From Bryobacteraceae bacterium (GTDB lineage Bacteria; Acidobacteriota; Terriglobia; Bryobacterales; Bryobacteraceae): 64,000 nt of DNA. The position numbers were made by a program, and so were the translations under genes. The stretch lies in contig JBKBWD010000021.1 of NCBI GenBank assembly GCA_046289265.1, forward strand, positions 2,626 through 66,625, in the 5' to 3' direction. Shown here piece by piece: positions 30,689-39,112 of this stretch (its first letter is position 1; every line of letters begins with the position of its first letter). The notes beneath the pieces are model-generated. The model had not been told where the DNA came from. It searched no databases and worked only from the letters and a program-made list of their open reading frames with translations.

Positions 30689-31887
30689 AGGCGCAACCAG
30701 GCGCCGGCAACGTGGTCCGCACGGGCTCGTTCGAGAAGGTGTTCGCGGCCCTGGCGGCCCACCTCCGCCATGGCGGTCCGGTCGCTGAGCGCCCTTGCGA
30801 GTACGCCTGCCAGGGCGGCCGGGTCTTCGGGAGGCACAAGCCAGCCGGTCACGCCGTCCTCGATTAACTCGGGAAACGCTCCGACGCTAGTCGCCAAAAC
30901 GGGAACACCGTGGGAGACAGCGAGCCCCGAAACCCCGCTCGCGCTGATGTCGTGATAGGGGCAGGCCAGCAGGTCGGCGGCCGCAAAATACGTGCGCACT
31001 TCGCTTTTCGGGATGTAGCCAAGCCGCCACAGTACGCGGTCGCCGGCTGCCTGCCGGGCCTGCTCGCGAAGGTCTTCGATTGGCATCATCGGCTCGCCGG
31101 CGATGACGATGCGGGCATCGGGTACGTCACGCAGGAGGTCAGGCAAGGCGTCAATCAGGAGATCGAGCCCCTTGTAGGGTTTAATCAGCCCGAAGAACAG
31201 CGCGACGGGTTTGTCGTCCGGGAGGCCAAATTGTCGGCGCGCGGCCAGACGCTCCTCGGGGGTGATCAGGTCCAGGATCTCGGCCGGCTGCGGGATGACT
31301 TCGATAGGGGTGCCATCGAGGCCGCACTCCCCGGTCAACCGCTTCGCCAGACCGGGACTATGGACGTGGACGGCGTGCGCCATCCGGAGCGCGCCAGCGA
31401 GTCCCCAGGAGGGCGTGACGACGCCGCTGAACCGGGGCAGGTCGTGGATCGTGACCACGATTCGCCACCCGCGCCGCCGCAGCGCGCCGAGCAGCAGGCG
31501 GTCGGCCGCCGGCAGCAGCAACCATTGGGAGTGGAAGACGCCCGGGTTTTCGTCCCTGAGGAGCTTCCAGGTTCGGAGCAGTCCGGCGGGATAGGAGAGC
31601 CCCTTGTAGATCTGTCGTAACAGTGTCCGGGACTTAAGCCAGCGGCCGAGCGGATGATCGAGGAACCGGAAAAAGAGCCGCCTTTCGCCCTCGGGCACGG
31701 GAACCGTTGAGGGATCGAACAGCGGCGCCGAAGTGATGACGCGTACCGAAGCACCCTGCCTGTCTAGCGCTTCGCGGAGCACCCGCACGTAATTCGGCAC
31801 GAAGGCTCCGGGATCGAACAGCACGACGTTCGTGGCACAGTAGAAGATAGTATTCGCGATGCCGGCGCCCTTCGTTTCAGTCGTCAT
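30646..31887 (-). CDS. glycosyltransferase family 4 (GT-B, group 1)
   Basis: C-terminal GT1/GT4 pattern: LIKPYKGLDLLIDAL, IAGEP, DLLACPYHDISASGVSGLAVSHGVPVLATSVGAFPELIEDGVTGWLVPPEDP (E-x7-E-like motif). Confidence 0.8.
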   Translation of the reverse strand: MTTETKGAGIANTIFYCATNVVLFDPGAFVPNYVRVLREALDRQGASVRVITSAPLFDPSTVPVPEGERRLFFRFLDHPLGRWLKSRTLLRQIYKGLSYPAGLLRTWKLLRDENPGVFHSQWLLLPAADRLLLGALRRRGWRIVVTIHDLPRFSGVVTPSWGLAGALRMAHAVHVHSPGLAKRLTGECGLDGTPIEVIPQPAEILDLITPEERLAARRQFGLPDDKPVALFFGLIKPYKGLDLLIDALPDLLRDVPDARIVIAGEPMMPIEDLREQARQAAGDRVLWRLGYIPKSEVRTYFAAADLLACPYHDISASGVSGLAVSHGVPVLATSVGAFPELIEDGVTGWLVPPEDPAALAGVLARALSDRTAMAEVGRQGREHLLERARADHVAGAWLRLYESLSTDRSLGRT

Positions 31888-32746
31888 ACCCGCCTACCAG
31901 TATCCTGCAGGACTGCGCCGGTGCCTGGCCGCACTCGGCCGGCAGAGCCTTCCGCACGGCGCCTTCGAAGTGCTGGTAGTCGACGACGGCAGCCCCGAAC
32001 CGCTGGAACCGGCGCTGGCGCCTGGGATGGGACGCGAAAGCGGCGCCTTTTCGGTGCGGTTTCTGCGGGTTCCCAACGGCGGACCGGCGCGCGCGCGGAA
32101 CCTCGGGGTCCAGGCGGCGCGCGGAGAGTGGATCGCCTTTACCGACCATGACTGCGAGCCGGATGCCGGCTGGCTGCACCATCTCGCCGCGAGCGCCCGC
32201 GAGCATGGCGATGTGCTGCTCGGCGGCCCGAAGCGCAACGGGTTGCCGGAGAATCCGTACTCGGCCGCGCATGAGAGTTTGTCGGACTTCGTCGTACGCT
32301 GGTTCGCGCGGCCCGGACACCCTGTGCCGTTCTTCACGACGAATAACCTGGCGATGCGGAGGGAGTCGTTCCTGAGCCTCGGGGGGTTCGACGGCCGGTT
32401 CCCATTCGCGCACGAGGACCGCGACTTTGCCTTCCGCTGGAAAGCGACCGGCCGAGGAATGCACTTTGTCTCCAAGGCCGTGGTTACGCACTATCACGAC
32501 TATACGTTAGCCTCCTTCTGCCGGCAGCACTTCCGCTACGGACAGGGCGCCGCGGACTTTCACCGCGCCCGCTGTAAATCGAAAGAGCCACGACCGCGGT
32601 TCGAGGGGCTGCGCTTCTACTCGGCGATGCTCCGCGAGCCCTGGCGCGAAGCGAACGGTTGGCGGGCGGCCCGGTCGTCGGCCCTGATCGCGCTCTCTCA
32701 GGCGCTGTATGCGCTCGGCTACTACTCCCATCGCCGCGCGTCATAG
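31859..32746 (+). CDS. glycosyltransferase family 2
   Basis: VSVVIPAYQ, VVDDGSPEP and FTDHDCEPDAGWL are classical GT-A/GT2 motifs. Confidence 0.8.
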   Translation: MPAPFVSVVIPAYQYPAGLRRCLAALGRQSLPHGAFEVLVVDDGSPEPLEPALAPGMGRESGAFSVRFLRVPNGGPARARNLGVQAARGEWIAFTDHDCEPDAGWLHHLAASAREHGDVLLGGPKRNGLPENPYSAAHESLSDFVVRWFARPGHPVPFFTTNNLAMRRESFLSLGGFDGRFPFAHEDRDFAFRWKATGRGMHFVSKAVVTHYHDYTLASFCRQHFRYGQGAADFHRARCKSKEPRPRFEGLRFYSAMLREPWREANGWRAARSSALIALSQALYALGYYSHRRAS

Positions 32747-33895
32747 CGCACCACGCAGAACCTCGCCGAGCTCTTCGGTTTCGAGCGGAATCGGATTTCC
32801 TTTCATGCTGCTGGCCCTGGCCGCTTTCCCGGTGACGTCAGGGATTTTATCGGCCGTGAGGCCGTAAGCGCTTAGGGGCGGGATCGCAAGCTCCTGGCAC
32901 AGCCGGCGCAGCCAGGGGGCGGCGTCTTCGGCGGCGGCTTGGGGATTGCCCGTGAGAATTCGGGCGATGCGGGCGTAGCGCCACAGCGCCTCGGATTCGG
33001 GCGCGCGGACGCGCAGGGCCTTTACGTTGGCCTCGACGCCGTGCGGGAGCAGTGCGGCGCAGACGGCTCCGTGCGGCGCCGGGAACATGCCTCCAATGGG
33101 AGCTGCGAAGCCGTGGACGACGCCTAGCCCGGCATTGGCCAACGCGAGACCACCGAGCAGGCTCGCCAACGCCATGGCGGTCCGGGCCTCCAGGTCGCGG
33201 CCGTCGCGCCAGACCCGCGGAAGCGCCCGAGCGGCCCTCGCAATGCCTTCGAGGCAGAGCGCATCGGTCATGGGGTTGGCGCGGACCGAGACGTAGGGTT
33301 CGATGAGTTGCGTGAGGGCGTCGAGTCCGGTGCTTGCGGTCACAGCCGGAGGCAGCCCGAGCGTGAGTTCCGGATCGACCACGGCGAGGCGCGGGAGCAT
33401 GAGCGGGCTCCGCAGGCTCGCCTTGACGCGGTGCTCGGGGGAGCCGAGGACGGCGTTGCGCGTCACCTCCGAACCGGTCCCTGCGGTAGTCGGAATCGCG
33501 ATGCAGGGCGCGGCTGGATGCTCGATCGGCCGTCCGGCGCCGATGACTTCGAGGTAGTCGAGCGGATCGCCGGGATTGGTGAGGAGCGCGGCGATGGCCT
33601 TGCCCGCGTCCAGCGCGCTGCCTCCGCCGAAGGCGATGACCAGCTCGCAGCCATGCGAGCGGGCTTCGGCGACGTGCGTGCGAATCAGATCGACGGTCGG
33701 CTCGCCGGGCACGGAGAGCACGGTACACCGAATGCCGGCCGATTCGAGGTCGGCCATGAGCGGCGCCGCCCGCTCGCGGGAACGGCCTGTGACCAGGCAG
33801 GCGCGCGCTCCCATCCGGCGCGCCGCGGGCGCCGCTTCGCGCAGGCTGCCGGCGCCGAACAGGATCCGGCCCGCAGTGGCGAATTCGAATTGCAT
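32741..33895 (-). CDS. iron-containing (group III) alcohol dehydrogenase
   Basis: 384 aa. The GGGSALDAGKAIA motif, IAIPTTAGTGSEVT and His-rich metal site region (GVVHGFAAPIGGMFPAPHGAVCA) are typical of Fe-ADH. Confidence 0.85.
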   Translation of the reverse strand: MQFEFATAGRILFGAGSLREAAPAARRMGARACLVTGRSRERAAPLMADLESAGIRCTVLSVPGEPTVDLIRTHVAEARSHGCELVIAFGGGSALDAGKAIAALLTNPGDPLDYLEVIGAGRPIEHPAAPCIAIPTTAGTGSEVTRNAVLGSPEHRVKASLRSPLMLPRLAVVDPELTLGLPPAVTASTGLDALTQLIEPYVSVRANPMTDALCLEGIARAARALPRVWRDGRDLEARTAMALASLLGGLALANAGLGVVHGFAAPIGGMFPAPHGAVCAALLPHGVEANVKALRVRAPESEALWRYARIARILTGNPQAAAEDAAPWLRRLCQELAIPPLSAYGLTADKIPDVTGKAARASSMKGNPIPLETEELGEVLRGAL

Positions 33896-33899
33896 CGCC

Positions 33900-34205
33900 T
33901 TACCAGCTCTCGTCGGCCGGGAAGACGTTGGCGTACTTGACGCTGGTGCGCGGCTCGGCCATCATCGGGGCCACGGCGTCGCGCCATGCGGCGTAATGAG
34001 CGGTTTCTTTGTGGCGCGCCGGGGATTCGGCATCGCGGTAGACTTCCACCAGAACGAACCGCGTCGGGTCGTCAGCCTGCTGGAGGACGTCGAAGCGGGC
34101 GATGCCCGGCTCCCGGACGCTGTTGCGGGCGTTCTCGATCGTCGCCTCCCGGAAGGCTTCCACGAATTCCGGCTTCACATGCGCGTAAACTTGAACAATC
34201 AACAT
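33900..34205 (-). CDS. antibiotic biosynthesis monooxygenase (ABM) domain protein / putative quinol monooxygenase
   Basis: 101 aa. ...[41 protein letters not shown]... is the typical ABM ferredoxin-like fold signature. Confidence 0.8.
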   Translation of the reverse strand: MLIVQVYAHVKPEFVEAFREATIENARNSVREPGIARFDVLQQADDPTRFVLVEVYRDAESPARHKETAHYAAWRDAVAPMMAEPRTSVKYANVFPADESW

Positions 34206-34234
34206 GGCGATACTGCCGATAATATCCTGAGAAC

Positions 34235-35110
34235 ATGCAAGGCCCCAACCGCTTCAATCTGGTGCTGATGCTGGCCCCCGCGACGCTGGTCCTCGGCGGC
34301 CTGTTCGCTGGCGGCCTGGCGCTGGGATTGCTGGAGAGCATCGGTGTAGCGGGCCTTTCGAGCGACGGATTTACCACGGAGCATTACTTGGCGCTGCTTT
34401 CGGACCGGGAGTTTCGCGCCTCGCTGGGGTTTTCCTTCGCGATGGCGGCCATCGCGACACTGCTCTCCACTGTATTCGGGGTCGCGATGGCGCTGGCGAT
34501 CCACCACCACCGCAAGGAGAGCCGGCTGGCCCGGATGCTGATCCAGTTTCCAGTCGCGATGCCGCACCTGGCGATCGCGATGGTGGTGATTCATCTGCTC
34601 GCGCCGAGCGGCCTGCTCGCGCGCGGGGCTTACGCGGCCGGATGGATCGGGGAGCCGGCCGAGTTCCCGGCGGTCATCCAGGACGCCTACGGGATCGGCA
34701 TCCTCGTGGCCTATGTCTGGAAGGAAACGCCCTTTTTGGCGGTTGTCGCATTGGCCATGCTGGCGCGGACGGGTGAGGAGTACGATCTATGCGCCCGCAC
34801 GCTTGGGGCGACGACGTGGCAGCGGCTGCGCTACGTCACGCTGCCCTTGATCGCGCCGGGCGTCATCTCGGCCTCGCTGATCGCCCTGGCTTTCGTATTC
34901 AGTTCGTTCGAGACCCCGTTTCTTCTGGGACGCCCGTATCCGGCGATGCTGGGCGTGGTGGCGCAGCGGCGCTTTATGAGTGCCGACCTGGCGGACCGGC
35001 CGGCCGCGCTCGCGTTGGCGCTGGCAATGGCCGTAGTGACCGCGGCGGCCGTGTGGCTGTATCTGAAACTGGCCGAGCGCTTCGTCGGAGAAAGGCCGGC
35101 GGTGTTTTGA
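34235..35110 (+). CDS. ABC transporter permease (binding-protein-dependent type)
   Basis: Six predicted TM segments and an EAA-like loop region ([23 protein letters not shown]). Confidence 0.8.
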   Translation: MQGPNRFNLVLMLAPATLVLGGLFAGGLALGLLESIGVAGLSSDGFTTEHYLALLSDREFRASLGFSFAMAAIATLLSTVFGVAMALAIHHHRKESRLARMLIQFPVAMPHLAIAMVVIHLLAPSGLLARGAYAAGWIGEPAEFPAVIQDAYGIGILVAYVWKETPFLAVVALAMLARTGEEYDLCARTLGATTWQRLRYVTLPLIAPGVISASLIALAFVFSSFETPFLLGRPYPAMLGVVAQRRFMSADLADRPAALALALAMAVVTAAAVWLYLKLAERFVGERPAVF

Positions 35111-35877
35111 GGACGCGCGGACTTGCGGCTGTGGCGACCGCCGCCCTGCTGGCGCTGGTTCCGGTGGCGTTGCTGGCGGTCTGGTCGCTGGCGTGGGGAT
35201 GGCGATGGCCGCAATTGATTCCGGAGGAGTGGTCCTTGCGGGGCTGGCGGTATGTTGCCTCGCCGGGATCCGATGCGGCGGCGGCGTCGGGAACAAGCCT
35301 TTGGATTGCAACGGCTGTCGCCTTTCTTTCGGTGGCCATCGCGCTGCCGGCCGGGCGCGCGCTCGCCTGGCATGAGTTCCGGGGCAAACGCGCTTTCCTG
35401 TTTCTGTTGCTGCTGCCGGTCCTGGCGCCCCCGTTGGCGGCCGCGATGGGCGTCCACTCGGTCTTCTTGCGGTTCGGGCTGACGGGGCATCCGCTCGGTG
35501 TCATTCTGGTGCACCTGATTCCCGCAGTCCCATACGCGGCGCTGGTGTTGACAGGCAGTTTCTCACGCTTCGACCCCGATTGGGAGGCGCAGGCCCGGAC
35601 GCTGGGGGCGAGTCCGCTGCAAACATGGATAAGGGTTACGCTGCCGTCGATTGCGCCGGGTGCGGCCGTGGCGGCCGGCTTCGCCTTTCTCATCTCCTGG
35701 AGCCAATACCTGTTCACACTGCTGATCGGCGAGGGAAGCGTCCTGACGCTGCCGCTGCTGCTGGTGGCCTTCCAGCGGGGGGGCGATGAGGCGGTCGCTG
35801 CGGCGCTTTCGCTGGTCTTCCTGGCGCCGGCCTTCGCGGCCTTCACGCTGGTCGCGGGATTCCTGAGAAGTTCATGA
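35107..35877 (+). CDS. ABC transporter permease (second subunit)
   Basis: EAA-like loop ARTLGASPLQTWIRVTLPSIAPG. The ORF track frame opens at 34789 inside the previous gene. A TTG at 35107 overlapping the upstream TGA (TTGA) is the most plausible start. Confidence 0.7.
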   Translation: MRTRGLAAVATAALLALVPVALLAVWSLAWGWRWPQLIPEEWSLRGWRYVASPGSDAAAASGTSLWIATAVAFLSVAIALPAGRALAWHEFRGKRAFLFLLLLPVLAPPLAAAMGVHSVFLRFGLTGHPLGVILVHLIPAVPYAALVLTGSFSRFDPDWEAQARTLGASPLQTWIRVTLPSIAPGAAVAAGFAFLISWSQYLFTLLIGEGSVLTLPLLLVAFQRGGDEAVAAALSLVFLAPAFAAFTLVAGFLRSS

Positions 35878-37091
35878 GAGGCGTACTCTTTGTTTTGTTG
35901 CTGCTGCTGGCGGGCTGCTCGGCTGAACGCGAGGGGACGCGGCTCGATCCGTCGGATCTGGAGCGGCTGTCCTGGGAGGAGGTCGCCGCGCAGGCACGGA
36001 ACAGCACCGTCCGGTTCGGCATGTGGGGCGGCGATGAGGAGCGGAACCGTTACTTTCGATCGAGTGTCCGCGAATCCTTATTGGACTGTTGCGGAATCGA
36101 CCTGCGGATCATCACGGCCGGCGACACGGCGGAACTCATCAACATGCTGCTGAATGAGAAGCGCGCGGGGAAGCTTCGCAACGGTTTGCTCGATATGATC
36201 TGGATCAACGGCGAGAACTTCCGGACGGCCAAACAGGGCGGCGTACTGTGGGGGCCGTTCGCGCAGCGGCTGCCGAATTTCGGGCTTTACAGTCCGGAGG
36301 CGTCGGCCCGCGACTTCGGCACGCCCACCGAAGGCTTCGAGGCGCCCTGGCAGCGGGCGCAGTTTGTGATGGCCTATGACTCGGCGCGCGTGCCCGAGCC
36401 TCCGCGCACCATCGAGGCGCTGGCCGAGTGGGTCCGGCGGCACCCTGGGCGCTTCACGTATCTCGCGCCGCCGGATTTCACCGGCTCGGCGTTTATACGC
36501 CATCTGCTGCTGCATTTCGGCAACTACGATCGGCGGTTCCAGGAGGCCTTCGACGAAGAGCTTTATAAGGCGGCCTCGGAGCGGACTATCGCGTTCCTGA
36601 ACGATTTGCGGCCCTTCCTCTGGCGCAAGGGCGAAACCTATCCATCGACTCCGCGCGAGCAGGACCGGCTCTTCGCCAATCACGAAATCGACTTTGCGAT
36701 GAGCTACGGACCGTCGTTCGTGTCGGTGCGGATCGCGCGCGGCGAGTTCCCGGTGACGGCTCGCACCTTCGTTTTCGATACCGGCACCATCGCCAACTAC
36801 AATTATCTGGCGATTCCATTCAATGCGCCGAACGCCGCGGGTGCGCTGGTCGCGATCACTCATCTGATGTCGTTCGAACAGGCGTTGGACCTCTCGATCG
36901 CGCTGCGGTCGGCGTTTCCACTCGACCTGACTCGTCTGACGGAAGAGCAGCGCGCCAAGGCGGAAGCGCTTCCGGTCGGACTCGGGATGCTGCCCGCGAG
37001 GGTTCTGGCGGCGCGCGCGCTGACCGAGCCCGATGCCGAGTACCTGGTCCGAATCGAGCGGGACTGGCTGGAGAGGGTGTTGCGCCGGTGA
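35874..37091 (+). CDS. ABC transporter substrate-binding lipoprotein (YnjB-like)
   Basis: Lipobox LLLLLAGCS. The ~400 aa periplasmic-binding-protein-size protein has ATGA overlaps with both neighbours. Confidence 0.7.
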   Translation: MRGVLFVLLLLLAGCSAEREGTRLDPSDLERLSWEEVAAQARNSTVRFGMWGGDEERNRYFRSSVRESLLDCCGIDLRIITAGDTAELINMLLNEKRAGKLRNGLLDMIWINGENFRTAKQGGVLWGPFAQRLPNFGLYSPEASARDFGTPTEGFEAPWQRAQFVMAYDSARVPEPPRTIEALAEWVRRHPGRFTYLAPPDFTGSAFIRHLLLHFGNYDRRFQEAFDEELYKAASERTIAFLNDLRPFLWRKGETYPSTPREQDRLFANHEIDFAMSYGPSFVSVRIARGEFPVTARTFVFDTGTIANYNYLAIPFNAPNAAGALVAITHLMSFEQALDLSIALRSAFPLDLTRLTEEQRAKAEALPVGLGMLPARVLAARALTEPDAEYLVRIERDWLERVLRR

Positions 37092-38083
37092 AGCAGTCCG
37101 GCACATGGGTCGAGATGCGGGACGTGACGGCCGGCTATGGTGCGGAGCCCGTGCTCTCGGGGTTCTCGCTTGATGTACCGGCGGGGGAGCTGGTGGCGCT
37201 GCTTGGGCCGTCGGGATGCGGCAAGACCACGGTGCTGCGGGTACTCGCCGGGCTGCTTTCGTGTGAGGCGGGAGAGATCCGGCTCGACGGCGAGCGGGTG
37301 AATGAATTACCGGCCGAGCGGCGGCAGATTGCCCTTGTCTTCCAGAAGCCGCTGCTGTTTCCTCACCTGAATGTGTCGGAAAATGTCGGATTCAGCCGGA
37401 AGATGCGGGGCGAGGCGAAAGCCGCGACGGCCCGGCGTGTGGCCGAGGCGCTCGAATTGGTGCAGCTTGCGGGCTTCGGCGATCGGAGACCAAAGGAGCT
37501 TTCCGGCGGCCAGGAGCAGCGGGTCGCGCTGGCGCGCGCGCTGGTGAGCGAGCCGCGCGTGCTGCTGCTCGACGAGCCCTTCTCCGCCCTGGATGAGAAC
37601 CTGCGGGCGGAGATGCGGGCTCTGGTCCGATCGGTACAGCGCGAGTTGGGCCTCACGACGATCTTTGTCACGCACGACCAGGACGAGGCGTGTGTGCTGG
37701 CATCGCGGATCGCCCTGCTGCTCGACGGCCGGATCGAGCAGTTCGGCGCTCCGCGCGAGTTCTATACGGCTCCGCGGAGCATCCGGGCGGCGCGCTTCTT
37801 CGGATGGTTTTTCGCGCGCGAGCCGGGCGGCCGGACGGTCGCGTTCCGGCCGGAAGCGGCGCGCCTTTGCGGTCCCGAGGCGCAAGCCGGTTCCGGATGG
37901 CTGGCCGTGGAGGCCGTGGTCGAGGATTCGCTCGATCTCGGGCACCGGCTGCGGACGCGACTGCGCGCGGCGTCGGGCGAGACGGTTGAGATCGAACATG
38001 CCCCACCGGGCCGGGCGGCGGGGGAGCGGGCTGCGATACTGATTCCAGAGGAGAGCGTGTGGAGTCCATCTATTTCGTCCTGA
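37088..38083 (+). CDS. ABC transporter ATP-binding protein
   Basis: Walker A GPSGCGKTT, signature LSGGQEQRVALARAL, Walker B LLLDEP and a C-terminal TOBE-like tail. Confidence 0.9.
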   Translation: MKQSGTWVEMRDVTAGYGAEPVLSGFSLDVPAGELVALLGPSGCGKTTVLRVLAGLLSCEAGEIRLDGERVNELPAERRQIALVFQKPLLFPHLNVSENVGFSRKMRGEAKAATARRVAEALELVQLAGFGDRRPKELSGGQEQRVALARALVSEPRVLLLDEPFSALDENLRAEMRALVRSVQRELGLTTIFVTHDQDEACVLASRIALLLDGRIEQFGAPREFYTAPRSIRAARFFGWFFAREPGGRTVAFRPEAARLCGPEAQAGSGWLAVEAVVEDSLDLGHRLRTRLRAASGETVEIEHAPPGRAAGERAAILIPEESVWSPSISS

Positions 38084-39102
38084 CGTGGCTATGCCACCGC
38101 ACCTGCGAGCACTGCTACGAGGAGCGCTTCCGGCCGTACTACGGCGAAGATTTGCGGCGCGTGGTCGAGGAGTCCAGGACGAACATGCCGCGAATCATTG
38201 AGAATCTGCCGGAGCGCATGCAGTACCTCAACCTGAACGATCCCGACGGCCTGGGGGGCTTTCGCGAGAAGCGGGGACGCATCATCGTGGCGGGAGGCGA
38301 AATCCTGCTCGATCCGGTGCGGGAGCCGGTGCTCTATCCGGCGATCGAGCAGCTTCAGGCGAAGTACCGGGACGATGGCGGGGTCGAGCTGGTGGTCCAG
38401 ACGACGGGCGATATCCTTACCGAACGGATCGTTCGGGAGTTGCTGGAGCGCGGCGTCTCCGTGATCTCAGTTTCGGGTTTGGATGCGTATCACGAGGGTA
38501 TCGGCGAGCCGGCGGCGCAGGAACGGCTGCGCGCGAAGCTGACCGCGATATTCCGGGCGCACGGCATGGAGGAGTGGCAACCGGCGCCGCGTCCAGCCGG
38601 CGCGAGGTACTTCCACTTCTTTGGAGCGACGCCGGAATCCTGGATCGGCAAGCTCTGGCCGCGCGGCCGCGCACACAGGAATGAGCTGTCCCAAGCCACG
38701 CTCGCCGATAACTTTTGCAACCGGTGGTCCGGCGGGTTGAATTTTCTGGCGTATCGCTACAGCGGCTCCGAGGTGTCGATCGAGCCGAACGGCAACGTCT
38801 ATCCCTGCTGTCTGAAGACGAAGGCGCCGGTGGGCAACCTTCTCGAAGAGAAGCTGGAGGCGATTCTTGACCGGCTGGCGGGCGATCCGGTCTACGAGGC
38901 GATCTCGATGGGGCACCCGGAACGTATGGGCATCGCGCACGGATGGAGCGTAGAGAAGTTTCTGGAGCGGTCGACAGTCCGACTGCCCTCGGGGCGTGTT
39001 TACCAGAACCTGTGCATCGGCTGCGACGCCTTCCACGAGGAGGTACTCGGAAGGGCCGCAGGCGCGCTGGTTTCCATTCGTGCGGGCACGGATCTGGGAT
39101 AA
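38059..39102 (+). CDS. radical SAM enzyme with C-terminal Cys-rich (SPASM/twitch-like) region, function unknown
   Basis: CxxxCxxC at the extreme N-terminus (LCHRTCEHCYE). C-terminal Cys residues lie in NFCNRW, NGNVYPCCLK and NLCIGCDAF. GTG start with GAGGAG 4-5 nt upstream, located inside the last 25 nt of the ATPase gene. Confidence 0.75.
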   Translation: MESIYFVLTWLCHRTCEHCYEERFRPYYGEDLRRVVEESRTNMPRIIENLPERMQYLNLNDPDGLGGFREKRGRIIVAGGEILLDPVREPVLYPAIEQLQAKYRDDGGVELVVQTTGDILTERIVRELLERGVSVISVSGLDAYHEGIGEPAAQERLRAKLTAIFRAHGMEEWQPAPRPAGARYFHFFGATPESWIGKLWPRGRAHRNELSQATLADNFCNRWSGGLNFLAYRYSGSEVSIEPNGNVYPCCLKTKAPVGNLLEEKLEAILDRLAGDPVYEAISMGHPERMGIAHGWSVEKFLERSTVRLPSGRVYQNLCIGCDAFHEEVLGRAAGALVSIRAGTDLG

Positions 39103-39112
39103 ACTGTAGCCC

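Noticed and set aside
34789-35106. Upstream extension of the second ABC permease ORF.
   Set aside because: It lies entirely inside the first permease gene in another frame. Permease homology begins after the TTG at 35107.
38059-39102. Calling the radical SAM protein a canonical anaerobic sulfatase-maturating enzyme (AtsB/ChuR/anSME).
   Set aside because: It is shorter than anSMEs and its CxxxCxxC sits at the very N-terminus. It has only five additional Cys rather than the number needed for two auxiliary clusters. It is coupled to an ABC ATPase gene. It is kept as 'function unknown' with the maturase idea only as a hypothesis.
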